In this document: positions 37,761 to 49,599 of the stretch, piece by piece
Layout of the letters: each line of letters begins with the position of its first letter
How positions within the stretch are numbered: position 1 is the first letter of the stretch
From: Felis catus
Taxonomy: Eukaryota
Direction of reading: 5' to 3'
Assembly (NCBI RefSeq): GCF_018350175.1
Contig: NC_058383.1
Coordinates: 4,340,001-4,404,000, forward strand
Length of the DNA: 64,000 nt
Notes under the pieces: model-generated
Told to the model about the DNA's origin: nothing
What the model saw: the letters and a program-made list of their open reading frames with translations, nothing else
Database searches by the model: none
Made by a program: the position numbers and the translations under genes

Positions 37761-40700
37761 CCTGGCTCCCTCGGGAGGCCCCCTACCCTCGAATGAACCC
37801 ATTCCCAAGTGTCCCGCCTGGAACAATTGGCTGCAACTCGATGCGTCCTTTCCCGGGCCTCCCGCTGGCCTGGCCATTTCCTACCGGCCTGCGCGCCAGA
37901 AATGAGCCCCCCTCTTCCCTTCTTAGATTCTCCCCCTGGGCGGTTTCTCTTCCTTCTGACGCCCTCGTCCCTCCTTTGGCAAGGAAGACAGTTGGTTCTC
38001 TGCAGCCAGAGGCCCCACTGGACGGACCTGTCGGAGGCTGGCTCTGCCGAGTGGGAAGTTGGAGCCCAGCCTCTGGAGATGGCTGGATGGGAGCCCGATC
38101 GGTGGCCTCCTCCTGGTAGAGTGGCCTTCCGGGACTTTCTCCTGATAGCCAGCCTCCTGACTGTGGGCTGGGACTGGGGAGAGGGGCTTGCAGCCCCTTG
38201 TCAGTGGGGTAGAGGCCGGGAAGGGGAAATGGCTGTTTTGTGCCTGAGTTTGCTTGATTTGGGCAGTAATATTTCAAGGGGACAGATGAGCGGGTTTGGC
38301 CCAGAGAGGTGAAGCCATTTGCCCAAGGTCACACAGCAAGTTAGCAGCTTGCAGAACTGGGTCGGTCTGACTACAGACTAGGTGCTTTTCGGGACCCCCT
38401 GATACCTCCCAGCCTCCAGGGCACACTGGGCCTCCCCTTTCTGGTCTCACACAGGTAGGTAGGGCAGGACTCCTCACCTCTTCAGCAGATCTTGAGGCCC
38501 TACCAGGTGAGACATGCTGAGGCCTGAGTGGTGAACAAATGAGTGCGTGTGTCCGGACCCTTCCCTGTTGTGGCTAATGTTCTTGTTGGGACATGAGCAG
38601 CATCCCAGAGGTGTCAGGCAAAGGCCTGGGGGTCCAGAAAGTATATCAGGATCCCAGATGAGATGGGGGAGGGCGGGGGTGGTGGTGGTGGTGGTGGTGG
38701 TGACTTCTGAAGAGGACAATTGAGCTGACCTGAAACATGAATACAAGGTTGTGTGGATCAGGTGTGTGGAACAGTGGTGCCAGCAGGAGGCACAGCTGGT
38801 GCAAAGGCCCTGAGGCAGGAAGGAGCAGAAAGCCCAGTATGTCTGGGAAGGAGTTTGTGAGGTTGGTAGGTGGGACTGAAACAGCTGGTGGGGGCCACCA
38901 TGAGGAAGACCTGGAGGAGCAGGTGGCCCTGGCCCTTGCCCTTGCCCTTGCCCTCGGGGTCGGGAAGAGCTGAGCGAGCCTGGGCAGATGCCCTCTCCTC
39001 TTTATTAAGCTTGCTGGCAGCGTTCGGGTGTGATTCAGGCTGATGGGGCAAGGGGAGCAGGAAATTGGGCCAGTAGAAGTGTTGGCTCATCTGTGAGTTT
39101 AAAGGTGCATAGAGTTGGGGGAGGGGTCTTTGGGGGCTGACATTGGGGCTCTTTTGGCCTCAGATCTTGGGGTCCTCCTCTTGTTCTCGTGTTAGCTGAC
39201 CCCGGGGCTTCCCGGTGGGATAGAGGGTGACCGCAGGACCCGGAGCCGTTTGGGGGTGGGGGGGTGTGTCTGCGGAGGCCATTTTGGACAGGCCTGCGTG
39301 GCAAGGAGGCGGTGTCTGTGCTTCTGACACATGCTGGGAAAAGCCAGCCAGGAAGGAGGAGGATCCGGGGCTTAGCCGGCAGGGGGGATGTGAATCATGT
39401 CCACAGGCTTGCACGGGCCTGGCCTGGTGGGGGTGGGGTGCCCCCTGCTGAGGCTGCAGCCTGCTCTCTGACCTCAGTTTCCCCACCTGCTTGGGCTGCC
39501 CCAGGGTAATCCTTTGAGCCAGGCTTTGTTTCTGGGAGGGGGCCATCTCGCTACCAGGGAGTGGGGTCCTCTGCCTGAGGACCGATGTGACAGGCAGATG
39601 GCCTGTGTCCATCCCAGGTGCTCAGAAATGGTGTAGCTGTGACCACGTCCCAGGTGAGGAGCTGGCTTGGGTGGGGCTGGAGGTTGGCAGGGTCTCTGGG
39701 GGAGCAGCACGTCACTCCCAGTGGGGTCTCCTGCCGTGGTCCTTAGAAATCTCACCTGCCCCCGACGCCAGCCACACCCTGGGCTGTGCCTCACTGAGGT
39801 CCCCCCTTGGTCTCACAGCTCCTTGCCTCTGGCCAGCTGTGCCCTGGGGACGCGTGCTCGGAAGTGCCCTGTCCCAGCCACTCAGGGGCACCCAAAAGGC
39901 AAGGCTGGCTGGCTGGCTGGCTGAGAAAGGGCTGGCCAGGTTGGGCTTTGCAGGGTGTGTAAGAGCTCTCCTGAAGAGGCGGGACACGTGAGGTCATTCA
40001 GGCCGTTGTTCTTGTGCAAGGATGGACGCAGGATCTGAAGGGGTCAGGTGGTGGTAAGAGTGACCGGGAGGTGGGGCGGGGGGAGTGGAGGCCACAGATG
40101 CTTCCCAGTCCCCTCCCCTAACCTGAATGGGGTGCTGGGGAGTGTCCACTTTGGACAGGCCAGGCGAATTTGGGGACCGCTAAGGCTGCGGGGGGTGGGG
40201 CGCCCTCTCTGAGCTACCTTAGAGAATGGCTCAGAGGCAGGAGACAGGGAAAGAAAGCCATGAGGCAGAGGGCCGGGCAGGGCCGGGGGAGGCAGGAGAT
40301 GTGCTTCTTTGAGCCCCCACATCTGCCTCCCGGGGCTCCTGCGGGTCTGTGACTCAGGTTTTCTGTGCTGCTGCTGCTGCTGTTGATGAAAAGAAAAATC
40401 CCGAAGAAAACCCTGTTCCCATAGTAACGCAGCTCTAATTAGAGACTCCAAGGCCAAGCGGGGCCTTTCCCGTCTGGGCAGGGCCTCGGAGCCAGGAGGG
40501 GCCCCGCTGGATGTTGGGGAGACGAACCCCTCCCCCACCCCTTCCTTTTGGGGTTGGAGGACCTGCTGTCTACCTGGCACCAGGCCCCTGAATTCTTCCA
40601 ACCTCCTGGCAGGATGGAGAGAGCCTTTTGGTAGACAGAGGGAGACCGAGGCTGAGTGAGGGGAGGGCACTTACCCCAGGGTGCCTGGCCTCCACTTTGG

Positions 40701-41572
40701 GCGGCTCCCCTGCTGGCCTAGGCCCTTCCAGGACTGCACACAGCCAGCCGATGGGGTCTCAGTAACCCAGTGGCCGGTGGCAGCTGTGTGCCCCTGGGCA
40801 GCGACGACCCAGCGGAGCCTCCCGACTTCTGCGTTATCTCCCGAAGGCTGGCGAGTGCCTCGTTTATCTGCAAGGCTGTATTAAGATGAGCCCTTTGAAC
40901 CAGCAGATTTGACTTCTAACCCAGGTCCCTTCCCTGCTCCCTTCTGCCCCTCTTTCTGGGGATCTCCCTCTGTCTTTCCTGCTGTTGGCTTTTACTCCCC
41001 TCTGTTCCCTCCTTCCGGTCAGCCAGCCAGCGCAGGTACCCTGGGCAGGTGGCCCGGGGCGGGCTCACAGGGCCCCTTCTGCAGCAGTGGGGGTGGGGCA
41101 GGTCGGCCCGCTTTTGGGGACTGCAGCCCCAAGTGGTGCTCCTCCCCTGAGTGGCCCTAGGATGGTCCCATTCTTGGTGGCCTGGCTACCCAGGGGGCCC
41201 AGTCCCTGCTGACCCTTATCCTCACCCAGTGCTTTACTGGGGGTGTGATGGTGGATGGGGCTCATTACCTGCCTCGCGGCCGTCAGCAGATCCCCAGCAT
41301 CAGGGCTCTGCGGGCCCGGGGGGCCTGGAGGGTGGAGCCCAAGGGGTTCCAAGAGGATCTATTTCAGGGCCCTGGGTCCGCCAGGCCACACAGAGGGCAT
41401 GGCTGGAGGCCCGTTTGCCCCCTTCCCCTCCTCAGGGTCACCAGGACTCAATATTCTCCCTCTGGGTGACCTTGGGCAAGGACATACCACCTCTGTGCCT
41501 CAGTCTCCCTCTTTGGGGAGGTGAAGGTCCCCACCCCCTGGTGCTGATGTGGGTTAAGACAGGCTCACACCC

Positions 41573-41755
41573 TGGGCACCTGGGGGGTCAGTGGGTTAAG
41601 CGTCCGACCGTCCGACCTCGGCTCAGGTCACGACCTCACCATTCCTGGGTTCGAGCCCCGCTTCGGATTCTGTGTTGCCCTCGTTCTCCGCCCCTCCCCC
41701 ATTCGTGCTCTGTGTCTCTCTCTCTTTCAAAAATAAATAAACATTAAAAAAAGAA
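41573..41755 (+). mobile_element. Carnivore SINE in FSCN1 intron 1
   Basis: Head GGGCACCTGGGGGGTCAG, A tail; flanked by AGGCTCACACCC direct repeats. Confidence 0.88.
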
Positions 41756-42632
41756 AATAGGCTCACACCCTTCAGGCCCTCCACTTGGTGGTGGAGAGCT
41801 AAGGGTGGGTCCCGGCCGGGGGGTGGGGGTGGGGGAACCGGGGCTCCGCCAGCCACCAGCCTCCATCTGCCCCTCTGCAGGGACAACTTACCGTCCACCA
41901 GTGTGGTCCCGTCTTCCCTAAGGTGTCGGGACCCAAACGGTGACCCACTTGCGAGCTCTGAGTCTGGGCACCAGCAGGTGGGGCAGATGTCTCTGCTGTT
42001 GGCGTCGTTCGAACCCAGGCGCTTGGGGAGTGTGAGTTCGTTCTGTTGGGGCCGCATAGCCTGCTTCCGGGCTGCAGGGCTTGGGAGCACTGGAAGCTCC
42101 CTCTGGTCACGTCAGGTGCTTTGGGGACAGGGACACGTGTGCAAGGATGCTGCCAGATCACCTGCAGATCGAGATCGGTGGCAGGCGTGCACTGAGGTGG
42201 AGAAAATGCCTGTGTCTGCACAGGGGGGACAGGCAAGGAGGGTGAGTCCACCCGCTGTGCTGGTGCGGTCTGGGGCGCGGGGGCGCGGGACCGCGTGCGA
42301 CTTCGCTTTTACGAGTTCTGTGAGTTCTCTGAAAGGAACGTGAGGTCGCTCCTCTGTTGTCCTGTTAACTTGGACCCATTCGGAGGCACGGGGAGGCTAC
42401 GATGTATCGGTTTCCCTCAGGTGCCGCAGTCTGCCCTCTAGCTCCATCTGTCCCTTTATTCGTTGTTTTTGGTTGTAGGGAAAGCAAATCCCTGACCTCG
42501 GAGCATTTCGTCTCGAGGTGTTTCTGTCTGAAAATCGAGGCCATTTTCCTACATAACCGCATTATGATGAACCGTAATTAATCCTTAATATTTAATCCTG
42601 GGCCGCGTTAAGGTTCTCCCGACTGGCTCTAG

Positions 42633-43025
<393 letters not shown>

Positions 43026-43129
43026 TGAGTCTCCCCCCCCACCACCCCGCACCCAGACCGGCCCTCTCTGTTGGGACGGGGCCCGGGGACCTGGGGTGGC
43101 CTTGCCTGACCCTGCCCTGTCACCCCCAG

Positions 43130-43251
43130 GAACGCCAGCTGCTATTTTGACATCGAGTGGAATGATCGGCGGATCACACTGCGTGCGTCCAATGGCAAGT
43201 TTGTGACGGCCAAGAAGAACGGGCAGCTGGCCGCCTCGGTGGAGACAGCAG
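43130..43251 (+). CDS. FSCN1: Fascin-1 exon 3, 122 nt
   Basis: cccccag|G AAC..; [40 protein letters not shown]; donor CAG|GTAGGT. Confidence 0.99.
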
Positions 43252-43377
43252 GTAGGTAGTCCGTCCCTGGTTCCCCGGAGGGGAACCGCTGTTGGCGGAG
43301 ACATCCCCGGCACCCCCCCCAGGCCCGCCCCCTGCTGGGTCTCACCCTAGGGCTGATTTGCCCGGTGACCTCAGAGT

Positions 43378-43429
43378 CCCGCCCTCCCTCTCTGAGCCAC
43401 ACCCGCCCTCCCTCTCTGAGCCACACCCG
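43378..43429 (+). repeat. Perfect 24-bp tandem duplication in FSCN1 intron 3
   Basis: CCCGCCCTCCCTCTCTGAGCCACA x2 plus CCCG. Confidence 0.95.
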
Positions 43430-43473
43430 GATCATCCCAGCGCCCCCCCCCCCCCGCCCCGCCCCCACCATGA

Positions 43474-43701
<228 letters not shown>

Positions 43702-43999
43702 TGATTTGGCTCTGGGGACAGACATCCTGTGGCCGCCAGGCCCTTCCCCTCTTCTCTGTGTAGGAGGGGGGCTCCCCGGCCCACCCCAGAGTGGACTCCC
43801 TGGCTCCGCCAGAGCGAGAGGCGGGGTTCTGGGCCGGGAAGGTGTCGCACACCTGAGCTGTGGGACTTAAACCCCGGGTGGGGGGAAGGGGCGCGGACCC
43901 CTGTCCAGCAGCGGGGGGAGGGAGGCCTAGACACAGAGGTCACCCCAGTTCCGGAAGTGGTGATTGCCGTGTGGGGAGCTGGCCCAGCATGGGGCCTGA

Positions 44000-44230
<231 letters not shown>

Positions 44231-45415
44231 CCTGCCGCCCAGCGCCCTGTCCCCGCCCTGCCCAGACCCTTCTGCTAATAACTCTCTTCTCCAGGCGGGC
44301 TCCGGTGTCGTGGCAAGTCCCTTGCCTTTCAAACTGGAAACCCAGAGAAAATGGTGCCCCCACCTGCTGCCCCGTGCCTGGTCCTTGGAGGGGATCTCAG
44401 ACCCCTCTGCCCTCTCTCCTCTCTGCCATGGGCGAGGCTGGCACCCCTTTCTTCTGACCTCAGAGGACTCTGAGCCTTATTTCCTCAAAGTGGCCAAGGA
44501 GGGCGGGGGGGGGGGCGCGGGGGGCGCGCTGGGAGGCCTTCCTGAGCCCCTGGGCCTGGCGGGGTGTGTAACTGGAATCTTCTGCCCCCTCCCAAGAGCC
44601 TCTCCCCGCCCGCCCCTTCCCGGGAGCTGGGCGCTTGCCCCAGCTGATCGGAGCCCCTGGTGCACCATCCCTGTGGCGGGGGGAGGCTGTGGGAGGGGGA
44701 GAGGGTGAAAGCAGCGTGTGCTGGCTGCGGGCCCCTCTGCACCCGCGGCCTGCCCGCCTGCCCACCGCTGTGGTCTGGGGCCCTGCCGTCTGTCTTTCAC
44801 CCTGGCCTGACTGGAAGCAGAAAATGACCAAATCAGTATTTTTTTTTTCTTTTTCTTTGAAACGAAACATTATTGCCAGAGGCGCCCAGGCAAGCCTGGT
44901 TGGCAGCCACGAGTGATCTTCAAGGGGTCTCGTGGGGGATCTTGAATCCGCATCTCCGGGCCTCGCAGCCCTACTTGCTTGCTAGTCGTGGGGGGCGGGG
45001 GGCAGGGTGCTTCCCTGAATCCCAAACCCGCCCCTCCCTCCTCGGGGCCTCTCGCTGGCCCCCTCCCTCCTGCCTGCCCTGGCCTGTGTCCCCATCTGGT
45101 GGTGCTGAGTCCCTCACCGCCTCAGCCAGAGCCCCCGGTGTGATCGGTGCTCCCTGTCCGACTGGACTCCTTGGGTCTTGGGGTGGGATGAGGTTGGGCG
45201 GCACCCTCCATCGGGAGCCTCCCGGGGAGCCCTGAGGCCCTTGGCTCCCGGCCCTGCCCCCTACCAGCCCCCCACCCCCGGTTCATCTCTGCCATGCATC
45301 TCACTCTGGGTGTCCTGGTCTTTTATTTTTTGTAAGTGTCATTTGTATAACTAAACGCCCATGATAGTAGCTTCAGACTGGAAAGCAAAATAAAATAATG
45401 CGTGTGCAGCCCTGA
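44231..45415 (+). other. FSCN1: FSCN1 3' UTR (about 1.2 kb) with miRNA seed matches
   Basis: Runs from the stop codon to the poly(A) signal; miR-145 seed matches at 44332, 44570, 44810, 45377; 3' end approximate. Confidence 0.85.
45389..45394 (+). terminator. FSCN1: FSCN1 polyadenylation signal AATAAA
   Basis: Preceded by U-rich/TGTA elements at 45321-45350 and followed by a GU-rich tract. Confidence 0.9.
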
Positions 45416-45423
45416 GCTGGCCC

Positions 45424-45424
45424 G

Positions 45425-45471
<47 letters not shown>
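45424..45471 (+). repeat. (GT)n microsatellite just past the FSCN1 poly(A) site
   Basis: About 24 GT units with one interruption. Confidence 0.95.
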
Positions 45472-45472
<1 letters not shown>

Positions 45473-46397
45473 GGGGGTGCGGGTGGGTGGGGCGGGCGGG
45501 GCCCAGGGTCCGATGGGTGTTCTGAGCAGCCTGGCTGCCTCCAGGAGTGGAGGAGGGGGCCCTGTGAGGGATGGCCTCTTACCCCAGAGATCTGCCTGAG
45601 GCCACCAGGGTCCCAAGCAGGTAGCAGGAGCTCCTGGGTGGGGAGGTGGCTCAATCTGGTCCCACAGTTTCCTGCCTCCAGTATTTGTGAGGCCCGTTCC
45701 AGGCCTGCACCGTGAGGTGGGCCCGTGGGCTTAGGAGGTCGAGGTCAGGGTAACACGAACCCATAGATCCAGCTTTCTTCTGCCTCTAGAGATGCCCTTG
45801 ACTACAACTTGGAGGATTGGGGCCCTTGGCCGCCCTCTTCTACTGCATAGGCCTTTTGTGGATGCATCAACACCCCCAAACACTAGGCCTTGCAGAGGCT
45901 GGGATTTCGCGGTCCGACGGGCCTTCTGTGGACGGGCACAGATAGGGACAGGTGCAGGTCCTGGGAGCAGGCCGCTGGATGCGCTAAGCTGGGGGGAGGG
46001 AGGCGCCAGGTTGGGTCCCTACATCAAAGCAGGCTCAGCCCTGGAAGTTGGGGGACACTTCTCCATCTGGCACACCAGAAGCTGAGGAAGTGTCCAGCCC
46101 TGAGCCCACCCTGCGTTCTCGGCCCCTGGCAGACCCCCCCCCCCCCCACCTGGCCAGCCCTGCAGCGACTGCAGTATCTCACTTAACCCAGAGCTTCCCA
46201 AGGGTAGCGCTAGTTCCCATCTTACAGAGGAGAAGACTGAGGTCCAGAGCAGCCAAGCACAGCCTTGCGGGTGGAGCACGGCGCCCCGTGGGTGTCCAAT
46301 GAGCAGAGGATGGATGGGGACATGGGGGCGTGCAGTACCAGGGCCGGGGGACGGCGGGGGTGAGGGGGCTGGAGCCGGCCTCGCCGCCAGAGGGCTC

Positions 46398-46490
46398 AGC
46401 GGAAGCGCTGATTGGCTGCTGGTGACGAAACTGGGAGGCGGGCCGTGATTGGTGGTTCCTGGAGGCGGGAGTCTCGAGATTGACAAGGGC
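46398..46490. promoter_or_regulatory. Promoter-like NF-Y/GC-box cluster downstream of FSCN1
   Basis: CTGATTGGCT (ATTGG 46411), TGACG 46423, GGCGGG, TGATTGG (ATTGG 46448), GGCGGGA, GATTGAC 46478; locally CpG-rich. Confidence 0.55.
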
Positions 46491-47639
46491 AGATGGCAGC
46501 CACAAAGGGATGTTGGGGCCCCAGCGGGGTCCTGGCGACCAGTCCCCCACCCCTGTTGAAGCCAGGCTGGAAGCCAGAAAAGTCTCAGTGACATGCAAGG
46601 GACAGATGAATCTTCCGGATCCAAGCTCTTCCAGACCAGGGGGGAGGGGGGGAAGAGGGGCGGCGGGGGGGAGAGGCACACTGAGAGGGGTTGGGGTGGG
46701 GTGCAGGGGTTCCAGTTGGGCACAGTTGTAGATCCTGCTGGGTGAGGTGGCTCGAGCCCCGCCCACGGAGCAGGAATGAACTGCCCTGGAATGACACCAC
46801 GGTCCGCTCCCGGAATCCCAGCCTCGTCCCTAACCAGACAAGCTAGGCACAGATTCCGAATTCCATCCATTCCACAAAAATGGGCACCTGTCACGTGGCT
46901 GCGCATTGTGGGGGCTGTGGGTGACTGAGGCACGCAGTCTGACTGGGGTGATGATCACACTTAGGGAAAGAGGACATTATAAGGGACAGGAAGGACAGTC
47001 TGGGCAGAGGGAACAGCATATGCAAAGGTCCTGTAGGGGGAAGCTAGGCAGGAGGCAGGGTGGAGCCTCCTAGGGTGGGTGGAGCCTCCTTGGGTCCTCC
47101 CTGAAGAGTGGGTTTGAACACGCGAGGGAGGTTGTCTCCGGACCCACCTGGAGGCAATGGGCATCTTCTGAAAGAGATCGATCGTCCTGTGGCCTTGCGT
47201 GGAGCATGCTGGGGACCACCAGCCTCACTCCTGCACACCCAGGCTCCTCACTTCTGGGTCTTTCCGGGCCTTCGGTTCCCTTCTGTCAGAACCAGCTCTG
47301 GGGCCCAGGCTCGAATGCCAGAGCAGGAGACGCAGCTCTCGATCCTGCCGGAAGAACCTTCCTCAGTGTCTCCCCATTGACAAGGGCCTGGCCCCATCAC
47401 ATGCGATCCCGCATACACGTGGGCTTATGTACATGCATGGGCATGCGTACAGGGTCCTGTGCACACACAAACACACGTGCACTGGAGACATATGTGTGTG
47501 CACAGACACAGAAGTGCTCACGGACACACAGATATGAGTACAGATACACATAGGCCAGCTCCCGGGGAACAGGAGCTGTCCTGGTCGGTGGGGCCTCTGA
47601 GCTTCCCAAGCGTGTCCGCAGCTCAGGCTTCTCCCCTGT

Positions 47640-47876
47640 TTGTTTCTTTCTTTTTAATTAAAAAAAAAAAAAAAAGGTTTTTATTTATTTTTGAGAGAAG
47701 GAAGATGGAGTGCGAGCGGGGGAGGGGCAGAGCGAGAGGGAGACACAGAATCCGAAGCAGGCTCCAGGCTCTGATCTGTCAGCACAGAGCCCGACGCGGG
47801 GCTCGGACCCAGGAACCGTGAGATCATGACCTGAGCCGAAGTCGGACGCTTAACCCACTGAGCCGCCCAGGGCCCC
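47640..47876 (-). mobile_element. Carnivore SINE
   Basis: Reverse-complement SINEC body. Confidence 0.88.
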
Positions 47877-48701
47877 TCCTCTCATTTCTGGGGCGATCTC
47901 AGAGGAGGACACTCCAGGGCTGGCTGTGCCCAACTTCCTGCAGGGTCAGAGCAGTCTCTTCCTGAATCAGGAGGGATGATAGGTGACCTCCGGTGACCCC
48001 ACACTGAATCATAATGTGAGGCCGCAGAAGGATCTGGACTCTCTGGGGACCCTCCGTCCTCAGTTTCCCCCATTTGAGCAGTGGGCGACTGGCTCCCTGG
48101 CAAGATTGTCCAGATGGAGGAGGGGTTCTGAGACCCCTGGGGCAGCCAAGAGAGAAGGGAACAGATGTGGTCTCCCCAGGCAGAAGGAGGCGTGGAGAAA
48201 GGGCCTGGGCAGCGGGAGGAGGGGCGGGGTAGGGTGGAGCGTTTGGCCCGAAGCCCAAGCCTCTTAGTGGGGCCTCTGGGCTTAACCAGGAGGAGGCTCA
48301 TCCTCCAGGAGGTGTGAATCAGCAAGACAGAAGCTGCGCAGACTTGGGGGAGGGATATGCACTCCCCTCCCCCTCCCTGGGACCCAGTCCTGACCCCCTG
48401 GGAGGGGAGGGGCAGACCCACCTTCCAGGAAGCTCCTGCTGGTGCCAGGCCTTGGCAGGTCCTCTGCACGGGTTACTACTTGATCGTTATTATTATCCTA
48501 AGAATCGAGGTGATAAAAGCAAGAGGATGACGTCAAAGGGTGCCTGACCCCAGTCCTTCTCCCCCCCAGCCCCGCCCCCAGCCAGGGTACCACCGTTGGC
48601 TACGTCTTTTACTCTTCTGGAAAACCGGCTGTTACATACAGTACCCATAGACAGCCCTTGCTACGTGCCGGCTACTAGCCCCTTATTCACTCACTTAGTC
48701 C

Positions 48702-48975
48702 TGTGACAGGCTGAGTTGCGTCCCCCTTAAATTCTCACGCCGAGGCCCCAACTCCCAATACCTCACCATGGGATTGTGCACGGAGACAGGGTATTTAAGG
48801 AGGTGATTATGAGAGGTCGCCGAGGTGAGCCCCACTCCAATCTGTGTCCTTGTAAGAAGAGGAGATTAGGAGACAAATTTGCACAGAGGGAAGACCGTGT
48901 GAGGTCTCAGGTAGAGGCCCCAGCCCAGCCGTGCTGACTGACACCTTGATCTTGGACTTCCAGCCTCTGGAGCCA
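48702..48975 (+). mobile_element. MaLR MLT1-type LTR fragment
   Basis: TGTG..GGCTGA.TTG.GTCCCCC..AAATTC..; GTGTCCTTGTAAGAAGAGGAGA..; ACACCTTGATCTTGGACTTCCAGCCTC. Confidence 0.75.
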
Positions 48976-49599
48976 ACTGCCACCGTCCCCATCCATCCCA
49001 GCCCCGGGTAGTGGTAGTGAGTCCTGCTCCTCCCATTTATTGGTGCAAAGACTGAGGCGCAGGGCGGTTATGAAACTTGCTCCGGGGTGCAGCTGGGATT
49101 TATATAGAGAACCATAACCTGTCTGTACAGCACATAGACGCTCGCGGGATGGGTTCTCCCAGAAACGGACACGCACTCAAGGCCAGGGGGCTTATTTGGG
49201 AGGTGACCCCGGGAAACAGGGAGGGGGGTACATGAGCCTGAAGGAGGACGGAAATAGTGTGTGAGCGCCGTGGGCGACCCGGGAGACCCGGATTCACCCC
49301 GCAGAGCCTCCCCGCGAGCGAGCGTGCGGGCGCTCACCGGCTGGCCACTTCCTCAGTGGTTACCCTCCAGCACTTTGGACTTTGCGGTCAGCTGCAGCCG
49401 GGGGTGAGGGGAAGTGAGGGGGAAGCCGGGGTGGGGGACTGTGCGTCCAGGGAGCAGCTGGGGGGGGAGACCGGCGGGTCTGTGGTTCACAGCAGCTCTG
49501 TGCTGGGCAGTGAGGGGCTACGTGGCAGGGCTGCTCTGGCCTCTGCCGCTATGCCAAGATGATCAGGACCCCGTTGGGGTTCTTTTGTTGTTATTCAGT

